DNA from: an uncultured Fibrobacterota bacterium
GTDB taxonomy: Bacteria > Fibrobacterota > Chitinivibrionia > Chitinivibrionales > FEN-1185
Assembly: GCA_963753345.1 (NCBI GenBank)
Contig: CAVWBU010000035.1
Coordinates: 32,001 to 96,000, forward strand
Length of the DNA stretch: 64,000 bases
Direction of reading: 5' to 3'
A model generated the notes under the pieces. It was not told the DNA's origin and searched no databases. It saw only the letters and a list, made by a program, of their open reading frames with translations. Position 1 is the stretch's first letter. Every line of letters starts with the position of its first letter. The position numbers and the translations under genes are program-made. This document shows, one piece after another, positions 50,003 to 57,631 of this stretch.

Positions 50003-51064
50003 ATGTACAGAAACCAAAACAAAAGTCCTGCGGTAAAACCAGTCAAATCCGTCGCGCCTCTCGAATCCCAATTCGCCGAGGTGTCTTCAATGATCCTTGC
50101 CGCCCGCCAAAAGGCATTTCGTGCCGTGGATGCGGCGCTTGTGGAATTGTACTGGAACATCGGCCGGTACATCAGCAAGCGAGTGACAAGCGCGGAATGG
50201 GGGGAGGGAACGGTTGACAAATTGGCGAAATATCTCGAAAGGTGCATACCGGATTCCAAGGGATTCAATCGCCGCGGCCTTTACCGGACGAAACAATTCT
50301 ATGAGGCGTATGCAGGCAGCAGAGTTGTGTCCGCACTGCGGACACAACTAACGTGGACAAACCATCGGATCATTTTATCCAGAGCAAAGACGATGGAGGA
50401 ACGGGAATTCTATGTCCGGCTGTGCGCCAGCAGTCCTTTGTCATCCCGCGATCTGGAACGCCAGATAGACAGCGGCATGTTTGAGCGGAGCATTGCAAAA
50501 CCAAAAATGTCCGCAGCGCTGACACAAATTCATCCTGCTATTTCAAACGTAATTCGCGACTCGTATTCGCTGGATTTTCTCGGCCTTCCAAATGGGCATT
50601 CTGAGGCCGATCTGCGGAAGGCAATAGTCCGCTCGCTTAAAAAGTTCGTTATCGAGTTCGGCAGGGATTTTGCCTTTATTGGAGAAGAATACCGCGTGCA
50701 GGTCGGGTTAAAGGATTTCTATCTGGACCTGCTGTTCTATCACCGTGAGCTGCGCTGCCTGGTCGCTTTCGAATTGAAAATTGACGAGTTCAAGCCCGAG
50801 TATCTTGGAAAGCTTTCGTTTTATCTCGAAGCGCTTGACCGGGACGTCAAGAAACCGCATGAGAATCCGAGCATCGGGATTATCCTTTGCAAAGGAAAAG
50901 ATGACGAAGTCGTCGAATATGCATTGAACAGGACTTTGTCGCCGGCCGCAATCGCGGATTACACGACCAAGTTGCCGGATAAACGCCTGTTGAGGGACAA
51001 GCTGCATGAGTTTTTCGAATCGTCGGTGCGGGAGATGAGTGCGGAGTATGGAGGGAAAGGGTAG
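50003..51064 (+). CDS. YhcG/DUF1016 PDDEXK nuclease domain protein
   Basis: YWNIG, WGEG.V..LA, EREFY, DFLGL, FYLDLLFYH, ELK..EFKPE.LGKL.FY, IGIILC. Confidence 0.92.
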   Translation: MYRNQNKSPAVKPVKSVAPLESQFAEVSSMILAARQKAFRAVDAALVELYWNIGRYISKRVTSAEWGEGTVDKLAKYLERCIPDSKGFNRRGLYRTKQFYEAYAGSRVVSALRTQLTWTNHRIILSRAKTMEEREFYVRLCASSPLSSRDLERQIDSGMFERSIAKPKMSAALTQIHPAISNVIRDSYSLDFLGLPNGHSEADLRKAIVRSLKKFVIEFGRDFAFIGEEYRVQVGLKDFYLDLLFYHRELRCLVAFELKIDEFKPEYLGKLSFYLEALDRDVKKPHENPSIGIILCKGKDDEVVEYALNRTLSPAAIADYTTKLPDKRLLRDKLHEFFESSVREMSAEYGGKG

Positions 51065-51068
51065 AAGC

Positions 51069-51776
51069 ATGTTTTCCGAATCCGACCTCCTCCCTCTTTC
51101 CGCCCTGCAGCACCTTGCGTTCTGCGAGCGCCAGTGCGGTCTTATCCACATTGAACAGGCATGGGCCGAAAACAGGCTCACCGCCGAGGGCCGCATTCTT
51201 CACGAACGCGTACACGGCCAGGAATCCGAGTCCCGCGGAGACGTTTACATTGTGCGCGGACTCAAGCTTCGGTCGCTTTGCCTCGGGGTAACCGGCGTTG
51301 CTGATGTGGTGGAATTCCACCGGACGGAAACGGGCGGCGTGGAACTTGCGGGTAAGCGGGGACGATGGATTCCCTTTCCCGTGGAGTATAAGCGGGGCAA
51401 GCCCAAGAGCGACGGATGCGACGAGGTTCAGCTGTGCGGCCAGGCTATGTGTTTGGAGGAAATGCTCGGTTGCGCAATTGAAAATGGCGCTTTGTATTAC
51501 GGCTCTCAGCACAAGCGACATGACGTCGCATTCGATGAAACGCTTCGGTCAGAGACTTCCGAAATGTCGCGCCGGCTCCACGAACTCATCGGAAAAGGAA
51601 TTACCCCGCCCGCGCATTATGAAAAGCGGTGCGACAGGTGTTCTCTGTTTGACATTTGCGTGCCTGAGGCGGGAAAGAAAAAAAGCGTGGGGAAGTATTT
51701 GGACGAGATGCTTGAGGTTGACAATTGTTTGACCTCATCCTCCATCCCCCTTCTCCCACGAGGAGATGGGGGGTAA
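51069..51776 (+). CDS. cas4: CRISPR-associated exonuclease Cas4
   Basis: LQHLAFCERQ, G.ADVVE, PVEYKRG, QLCGQ, CDRCSL...C. The C-terminus runs into a palindromic repeat. Confidence 0.96.
   Translation: MFSESDLLPLSALQHLAFCERQCGLIHIEQAWAENRLTAEGRILHERVHGQESESRGDVYIVRGLKLRSLCLGVTGVADVVEFHRTETGGVELAGKRGRWIPFPVEYKRGKPKSDGCDEVQLCGQAMCLEEMLGCAIENGALYYGSQHKRHDVAFDETLRSETSEMSRRLHELIGKGITPPAHYEKRCDRCSLFDICVPEAGKKKSVGKYLDEMLEVDNCLTSSSIPLLPRGDGG
51730..51772 (-). repeat. REP-like palindromic repeat, inverted copy
   Basis: Reverse complement CCCCATCTCCTCGTGGGAGAAGGGGGATGGAGGATGAGGTCA resembles the copies at 51795 and 52271. Confidence 0.65.
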
Positions 51777-51794
51777 GAGCACAACGTGAGTGCT

Positions 51795-51831
51795 CCCCTC
51801 TCCTTATGGGAGAGGGGCCGGGGTGAGGTCA
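51795..51831 (+). repeat. REP-like palindromic repeat
   Basis: CCCCTCTCC-TTATG-GGAGAGGGG-CCGGGGTGAGGTCA. Confidence 0.8.
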
Positions 51832-51852
51832 AACGGAAAAAGGATCAATACC

Positions 51853-52263
51853 ATGAACCTGTCCACTGGTCTGATCCGGTTACAGCGGATTGGGGGCGCC
51901 AAACTTGCAGACGCTCGCACGTTGCGCCGGAACATGACGGGGGCCGAAACGAAGCTGTGGGAACACTTGCGTAACAGGAACCTCGGCGGGTTCAAGTTCA
52001 GGCGTCAACAGATCGTGGAAGGGTTTATTGCCGATTTTTACTGCGAGACGGCCAAGCTGGCGCTTGAGATTGACGGTAGTGTGCATTCCGAAAAAGCCCA
52101 AATGGAAATTGACGAGCTTCGAGAAAAGGTATTTGGAGCACGCGGGATTCTCACATTTCGAATAGGGAACAAAGAGGTGGAAGATGATCTTACCGCCGTC
52201 TTACTCAGAATAAGACATTCCTGCGATTCACGGTCAACAATACAACAACCGGGAATACGGTAA
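51853..52263 (+). CDS. DUF559 (Vsr-like) endonuclease domain protein
   Basis: ARTLRRNMTGAE..LW..LR, KFRRQ, FIADFYC, EIDGSVH, D..RE. Confidence 0.9.
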   Translation: MNLSTGLIRLQRIGGAKLADARTLRRNMTGAETKLWEHLRNRNLGGFKFRRQQIVEGFIADFYCETAKLALEIDGSVHSEKAQMEIDELREKVFGARGILTFRIGNKEVEDDLTAVLLRIRHSCDSRSTIQQPGIR

Positions 52264-52270
52264 TTTGTCA

Positions 52271-52308
52271 CCCCTCTCCTTGCGGGAGAGGGGTCGGGAG
52301 TGAGGTCA
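52271..52308 (+). repeat. REP-like palindromic repeat
   Basis: CCCCTCTCC-TTGCG-GGAGAGGGG-TCGGGAGTGAGGTCA, ending at the cas1 ATG. Confidence 0.8.
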
Positions 52309-53339
52309 TGAAACATCTTCTCAACACGCTGTATGTCACCACGCCGGGCGCATATCTCTGTAAAGAAGGCGAGACCGTGGTGGTGCGGGTCGAACAGGAG
52401 ACGAAACTCCAGGTGCCTGCCGTCGCATTGGAAGGGATTGTCTGCCTCGGCGGCGTCGGGTTTTCGCCGCCGCTCATGGACCTGTGCGCGGAAAGGGGCG
52501 TGACGATTTCCTTTCTTACCGAGCAGGGTAATTTCCTTGCGCGGGTGACCGGTCCGGTTTCCGGGAATATTCTTCTGCGTAAAGAACAGTACCGTCGCGC
52601 CGAAGATCCGGCAAAAACCGCAGCGCTTGCCTCGGGTTTTATTCTTGGTAAACTCGCCAACTGCCGGGCCGTTCTCCTTCGGGCCGTGCGCGACGGGGCC
52701 GAAGGGGAAAATAGCGTCGCGCTCTCCAAATGCGCCGATTACCTCCGCAACATCATGCACCAGGTGAGAAGGGAGACCGACCTCGAAGCGCTGCGCGGCA
52801 AGGAAGGCGAGGCGGGCCACGCATATTTCTCCGTGTTCGACCGGTTGATTGTCACGCAGAAAGACGGTTTCTGTTTCAAGGAACGGAGCAGACGGCCGCC
52901 TCTCGATAATGTCAATGCATTGCTGTCTTTTGTTTATACCCTGCTTGCCCATGACTGCGTGGGCGCGTGTGAAACGGTTGGGCTCGACCCACAGGCAGGC
53001 TTTTTGCACGCGGACAGGCCCGGCAGGCCGGGACTGGCGCTTGATTTGATGGAAGAGTTCCGGCCGTTCTTTGCCGACAGGCTGGCGCTCACGCTTGTCA
53101 ACCGTCAACAGGTGAAGGCGGACGGCTTCAAGAAGACCGAAACGGGCGCCGTTATTATGACGCCCGAAACAAAACGGGAAGTGCTCAAGGCGTATCAGGA
53201 GCGCAAACGTGAGGAGTTGGCGCACCCGTTTCTCAACGAAAAGGTGTCGGTCGGGCTTTTACCATATATACAGGCGAGGCTGCTGGCAAGGCACCTTCGC
53301 GGGGATTTGGACGGCTACCCGCCGTTTGTGTGGAAATAA
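52308..53339 (+). CDS. cas1: Type I-C Cas1 integrase
   Basis: LLNTLYVTT, GNILLR..QY, LRG.EG, RSRRPP.D.VNALLSF.Y, GLDP..GFLH, DLMEEFR. Confidence 0.97.
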   Translation: MKHLLNTLYVTTPGAYLCKEGETVVVRVEQETKLQVPAVALEGIVCLGGVGFSPPLMDLCAERGVTISFLTEQGNFLARVTGPVSGNILLRKEQYRRAEDPAKTAALASGFILGKLANCRAVLLRAVRDGAEGENSVALSKCADYLRNIMHQVRRETDLEALRGKEGEAGHAYFSVFDRLIVTQKDGFCFKERSRRPPLDNVNALLSFVYTLLAHDCVGACETVGLDPQAGFLHADRPGRPGLALDLMEEFRPFFADRLALTLVNRQQVKADGFKKTETGAVIMTPETKREVLKAYQERKREELAHPFLNEKVSVGLLPYIQARLLARHLRGDLDGYPPFVWK

Positions 53340-53349
53340 AACAGTTTCT

Positions 53350-53411
53350 CCCCTCTCCGTTCAGGCTACTATTGGAAATGCTCGAAGGGGCAAGGGGGGC
53401 CGGGGGTGAGG
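53350..53411 (+). repeat. Degenerate REP-like repeat of the same family, with an internal insertion
   Basis: CCCCTCTCC...GGGGGGCCGGGGGTGAGG, ending 2 nt before the cas2 ATG. Confidence 0.6.
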
Positions 53412-53413
53412 TT

Positions 53414-53704
53414 ATGTTGGTCCTTGTCACCTACGACGTAAATACGGCATCACCCGAAGGCCGACGCCGATTGCGCAACGTGGCCAAGAAATGTGAAGAT
53501 TTTGGACAGCGCGTACAGAACTCGGTGTTCGAATGCCTGATAGACTCGGCGCAGTGGGCTGTACTAAAACAGGACCTGATTGACATAATAGACGGCAAGA
53601 CGGACAGTCTGCGCTTCTACTTTCTCGGGGCGAATTGGCAGCGTCGCGTTGAGCATGTGGGCGCAAAACCGACGTATGATCCGGAAGGGTTTTTGCTTGT
53701 CTGA
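53414..53704 (+). CDS. cas2: CRISPR-associated Cas2
   Basis: LVTYDV, RRLR.VAK.C, GQRVQNSVFEC, DSLRFY.LG. Confidence 0.97.
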   Translation: MLVLVTYDVNTASPEGRRRLRNVAKKCEDFGQRVQNSVFECLIDSAQWAVLKQDLIDIIDGKTDSLRFYFLGANWQRRVEHVGAKPTYDPEGFLLV

Positions 53705-53891
53705 TCGGCCGGTGCGGACCCAAGTCGAGCATGGGCTTCCAGTAGGGTCCGCGATAAATTTATCTTCCGTGATGTCAAGTGCTTGCAATGAGCGGTCTTT
53801 GAAAAGGTGAGTCTCTTACAGCACGTTCGCGGCAGGGTTCGCGGAAACGACCCCGTATCTCTTTTCTTTACAAAGGGATAGACCTGCCGCC
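53705..53891 (+). promoter_or_regulatory. CRISPR leader
   Basis: Non-coding stretch between cas2 and repeat 1, with GCGGACC...GGTCCGC / GGTTCGC motifs typical of I-C leaders. Confidence 0.75.
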
Positions 53892-54338
53892 GTCGCGCCC
53901 CACGTGGGCGCGTGGATTGAAACGTGCATCGGTCACTCGTCATTGCATCGGTGTCGCGCCCCACGTGGGCGCGTGGATTGAAACTAGACGTGGATTCGAG
54001 CGCACGAGTCGCGCCCCACGTGGGCGCGTGGATTGAAACCCGTAAACGTACGCAACCGCGCTATGCGGATGGTGACAGTCGCGCCCCACGTGGGCGCGTG
54101 GATTGAAACCCGGTTGTCCGCAATCTGATAAACAATGTCGCATGTACGGTCGCGCCCCACGTGGGCGCGTGGATTGAAACATGAAATCCGTTATCCGACG
54201 TAAAAACTCTCTGTTATTGACAAACATTGCTGGTCGCGCCCCACGTGGGCGCGTGGATTGAAACATCTTACACTAATAGGAACCACGTCCTGTTGACATA
54301 GTGAGTCTGTCGCGCCCCACGTGGGCGCGTGGATGAAC
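53892..54338 (+). CRISPR. Type I-C CRISPR array: 7 repeats, 6 spacers
   Basis: 32-bp repeat GTCGCGCCCCACGTGGGCGCGTGGATTGAAAC at 53892, 53953, 54008, 54078, 54149 and 54233; degenerate last copy at 54309 (...GGATGAAC). Spacers 29, 23, 38, 39, 52, 44 nt. Confidence 0.98.
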
Positions 54339-54425
54339 TGGTCCGTGTATCTTTCGTCAAGTTGACATTAAGAGTTCATGGCTTGCGCATGAAAGAACCT
54401 TGACTGAACGGATTTCTTCTGCCGC

Positions 54426-54593
54426 GCGCCAGGCCGGACTGGAGGCCGCGCCAAAGCGCGGTGCGGCCCCTGACCACGGCCCGCAGGGCCATCGTGGCAG
54501 GCGGTAACGAGGCGAACAGCCGAGCCCGAAGGGAGACCGACCCCTTTGTAGAGGCGTCGCGGTGCGGCGCCTCTACAAAGGGGGAACGCCCAA
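54426..54593 (-). ncRNA. Structured intergenic element, copy 3 (Flavo-1-like)
   Basis: Minus strand TTGGGCGTTCCCCC-TTTGTAGAGGCG...CGCCTCTACAAA-GGGGTCGG...CCTGGCGC. Confidence 0.55.
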
Positions 54594-54656
54594 CTTCATT
54601 GCTCTCTTTGAGAAGCGGCGGGGCGCCCATTTTTCTTCTTAATCTTCAACCCTTTC

Positions 54657-54704
54657 CCGCATACGCGCATTTACGCATCTACGCATACCCGCATCCACGC
54701 ATTT
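54657..54704 (+). repeat. Short tandem repeat, 6 x 8 bp (NCGCATNN)
   Basis: ccgcatac gcgcattt acgcatct acgcatac ccgcatcc acgcattt. Confidence 0.8.
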
Positions 54705-54718
54705 ACTATTTTATCCCC

Positions 54719-55201
54719 ATGGACCCAATCACCGTTGCCGTCATGTGCGTGTGCCTTGCGGGAGGGGCGGGCTCGGGCATAGGACTGCTGCTCATTATCA
54801 CCTCGCTGCGGCGGAACAGGCCCCTGGTGGAGGAGAAATACAAGACCACCTTCGCGTTTCAGGGGAACCTGCGCCAGACCCACCTGCTCGACGCCATACA
54901 GTTCCTGGAGATAGGCCGTCGCGAGGGTATTTTGCACGTGTACTGCGGACGGAGAAAGGGCTATTTGATATTTGTAAAGGGACAGGTGGTGGACGCTTTT
55001 TACCGGAACGTCACAAAACGCGAAGCAGTGTTCGCAATGCTCGATCTTGAGGACGGCGACTTCTATTTCGAGCCCAAGCTCATTTCCCAGCCACGCCTCA
55101 TCTCCGACACCATCATGGACATCGCGTTCGAGTGGGACGCGCGCAAGACCGGCAAGCTCAGCGTGCCGCCCGCCGACGCGCCGCCTGCTGCGCAGCAGTA
55201 A
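54719..55201 (+). CDS. DUF4388 (PatA-N-like) domain membrane protein
   Basis: N-terminal TM; FQGNL...L.D.IQFL...R.G.L, G.I.F..G.VVDA, G.FYFE. Confidence 0.82.
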   Translation: MDPITVAVMCVCLAGGAGSGIGLLLIITSLRRNRPLVEEKYKTTFAFQGNLRQTHLLDAIQFLEIGRREGILHVYCGRRKGYLIFVKGQVVDAFYRNVTKREAVFAMLDLEDGDFYFEPKLISQPRLISDTIMDIAFEWDARKTGKLSVPPADAPPAAQQ

Positions 55202-55239
55202 GAGGGTTTCCCGGGACGGCAACCAAGAGGTGCAGTGTC

Positions 55240-56190
55240 ATGAAGAACGAGTTGAAGATATTCTGCGGTAACTCGAATCCGGAGCTGGCGAAGAAGATAT
55301 GCAGGAATCTCGGCATAAAGCTCGGCAAGCGCGAGATCGTCAAGTTTTCAAACGAGAATATCAAGGTGAGGATCCTGGAAAGCGTGCGCGGCAAGGACGT
55401 ATACGTGGTGCAGTCGTCGTGCCCGCCGGTCAACGAGAACCTCGTGGAAATGCTCATCATGATCGACGCCATACGGCACGCCAAGGCCGGCAGCGTCACC
55501 GCGGTCCTGCCGTATTATCCCTACGCACGGTCCGACAAGAAGGACGAGCCGCGCATCTCCATCACCGCGAGGCTCATCGCGGATCTCCTCGAGGTTTCGG
55601 GCGCCAGCCGCGTGATGACCATGAACCTTCATTCGCCGCAGATCGCGGGCTTCTTCCGGATCCCGGTGGACCACCTGCTCGCCGGAAAACTCATCTGTAA
55701 ATATTACAAGGAAAAAGCGGGCATTGACAACTGCGTGGTGGTGGCGCCCGACGCGGGCAGCGCAAAGCGCGCGGGCATCTATGCCATCAACCTGGGCCTG
55801 CCGCTCGCCATCCTCGACAAACGCCGCGAAGACGACTCCGAGAGCGCCAAGGTCCACCACGTGATCGGTGACGTGAAGGGAAAGCGCGCGCTCATCTTCG
55901 ACGACGAGATCGCCACCGGCGGCTCCATTCTCGAGACGGTGAAGGCGCTCGAGTCCCTCGGCGTGAGGGAAATCGAGGCGTGCTGCGTGCACGCCGTGCT
56001 GTCGGGAAAGGCCGTGGAGCGGCTGGGAAATTCGAGCCTGTCGCGTCTCGTGGTGACCGACACGGTCACCATCCCTCCGGAAAAACGAATTTCCAAAATG
56101 GTTATCCTCTCGGTTGCCGAGCTGTTTGCCAAGGCAATCAAATATTCCAACCGCGGGCAGTCGATAAGCGGGCTGTTCGGGAAAATCTAG
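55240..56190 (+). CDS. prs: Ribose-phosphate pyrophosphokinase
   Basis: ESVRGKDV, PYYPYARSDKK, LHSPQI.GFF, VAPDAG, DKRR, DDEIATGG. Confidence 0.97.
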   Translation: MKNELKIFCGNSNPELAKKICRNLGIKLGKREIVKFSNENIKVRILESVRGKDVYVVQSSCPPVNENLVEMLIMIDAIRHAKAGSVTAVLPYYPYARSDKKDEPRISITARLIADLLEVSGASRVMTMNLHSPQIAGFFRIPVDHLLAGKLICKYYKEKAGIDNCVVVAPDAGSAKRAGIYAINLGLPLAILDKRREDDSESAKVHHVIGDVKGKRALIFDDEIATGGSILETVKALESLGVREIEACCVHAVLSGKAVERLGNSSLSRLVVTDTVTIPPEKRISKMVILSVAELFAKAIKYSNRGQSISGLFGKI

Positions 56191-56267
56191 TTAAGATTTG
56201 AAAAAAACTTGGGCGTTCGTGGAGGATTTCTGCGGCCAAACGACGAAAGATCGGTCGCGCGCGGATG

Positions 56268-56522
56268 TTACACGCCTTTCGGCGCCCGCCTCTTGCCCAG
56301 GCTCCGGGTTTCCTGCGGGGGCTCGATCCCTTCTTTTATGCACGAAGCAAGTGCTTGCTTAATGGGAATCCACCGGCCGTTGCACAGGACGTTCCCGCTA
56401 CCGAGGCGATCGATGATCTTCTTTTCGGTGTTCATCCGCTCGGACAGCAAAACCCACACGCCCTGATCGTCGAGCACCTTGCCTTCAATCACCAGGTTCT
56501 TTATTTTCTTGATCGTGTCCAT
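56268..56522 (-). CDS. Small hypothetical protein
   Basis: MDTIKKIKN... ORF in operon order after 56536-57135. Confidence 0.55.
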   Translation of the reverse strand: MDTIKKIKNLVIEGKVLDDQGVWVLLSERMNTEKKIIDRLGSGNVLCNGRWIPIKQALASCIKEGIEPPQETRSLGKRRAPKGV

Positions 56523-56535
56523 GGCGCGCGCAGTT

Positions 56536-57135
56536 CTAGAAGAAAGAAACACTGTCCTGGTGTGAAGTGGGAACTCCGGCCTTGTGCCGCGGCGCCTTGG
56601 GCGCCGCCGAAGGCTCCTTCTTCACCTTGGGCCGCGTCTCCCTCGCGGGCATTTCGGGTTTCTCCCGCGCGGCTTCGGCCTGTACGCGCGGGTGCGTGAC
56701 GGCGGCGGTGTCCGCGACAGAGGGCTTTTCCTCGGCGGTTTTCCTGAGCGCGGCTTCTTCGTCGGTCTTCGCCTTTGCCGCCTCCTGAAGGGCGATGGAA
56801 TGCGACACCGCAGAGAGGCTTGACAGGCGGCCGTTCACGGTCCTTGTGAAGTAATTTCCGAGAAAAAAGACGCCCCCGAGCGACACGATGCTCACCGCGA
56901 GGGCGATAACGGCCAGCACGGTATTGCGCCTCGACGATACCACGATCTTTTCCGACACGGCCCCTGCGATGAGCTTTTCGAGCTGAATGACGGCATAGCC
57001 GCATTCATTGCTGTCCGGGAACTCGTCGATAATTGCCTTGTACAGCCGGCATGCCTCCGAAATCTTATTTTCGTCGTACTGCAGCCGGTAGGCCTTTTCG
57101 TACAGCTCGAGCGGAGTGTTTGCCTGATTGTTCAT
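56536..57135 (-). CDS. Hypothetical membrane protein with N-terminal TPR-like (YbgF/BamD-like) helices
   Basis: LYEKAY...A..LYK.II..FPDS..A; one TM; low-complexity tail. Confidence 0.7.
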   Translation of the reverse strand: MNNQANTPLELYEKAYRLQYDENKISEACRLYKAIIDEFPDSNECGYAVIQLEKLIAGAVSEKIVVSSRRNTVLAVIALAVSIVSLGGVFFLGNYFTRTVNGRLSSLSAVSHSIALQEAAKAKTDEEAALRKTAEEKPSVADTAAVTHPRVQAEAAREKPEMPARETRPKVKKEPSAAPKAPRHKAGVPTSHQDSVSFF

Positions 57136-57464
57136 CGTAATCCTCTCATGGCGTTTTTAAGAAGCGATTTTACCTGCTTGTCGGACATGATCTGGGCGGG
57201 GGACGGATTCGGCACATACCGGTCGCAGATGAATTTCTGGTCTCCGCCGAAGGAGACCACACCCGCGGTCCCGCCGGTGCGCTTCGCCCTGAACTGCGGG
57301 CATTTCTGTTTCATCTTGCAGTTGAAACAGGACGCCTCCTGCTGTCGCTGCTGGACGTCGTATCCTTTCGCGGCCAGTGACTTGTCGCGGACGTCGGTTT
57401 CGTACGAGTGGGCGATTGCCCTGTTCTTTTCGACGATCCGGTCGTGGTCAACGTATCGTTTCAT
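57132..57464 (-). CDS. Hypothetical protein with Cys motif (CxxCx5C...C)
   Basis: SCFNCKMKQKC...ICDRY; stop overlaps the next ATG; start uncertain (57464 or 57545). Confidence 0.65.
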   Translation of the reverse strand: MKRYVDHDRIVEKNRAIAHSYETDVRDKSLAAKGYDVQQRQQEASCFNCKMKQKCPQFRAKRTGGTAGVVSFGGDQKFICDRYVPNPSPAQIMSDKQVKSLLKNAMRGLR

Positions 57465-57631
57465 GGCTGCCGCTCCTCGCTTGGCTCTGGTGCAAAAATA
57501 ATCGATTACGCGCTCGTCTACAAGCCGGTCGGACCGATCAGGCATTCGGCCGGGAACCGCGCTTTCCCGCGATTGCGCGCTGCGGCGCCGGATCGCACGC
57601 CTTGTTCCAAACGTCGGAACGATCCGCCGCT

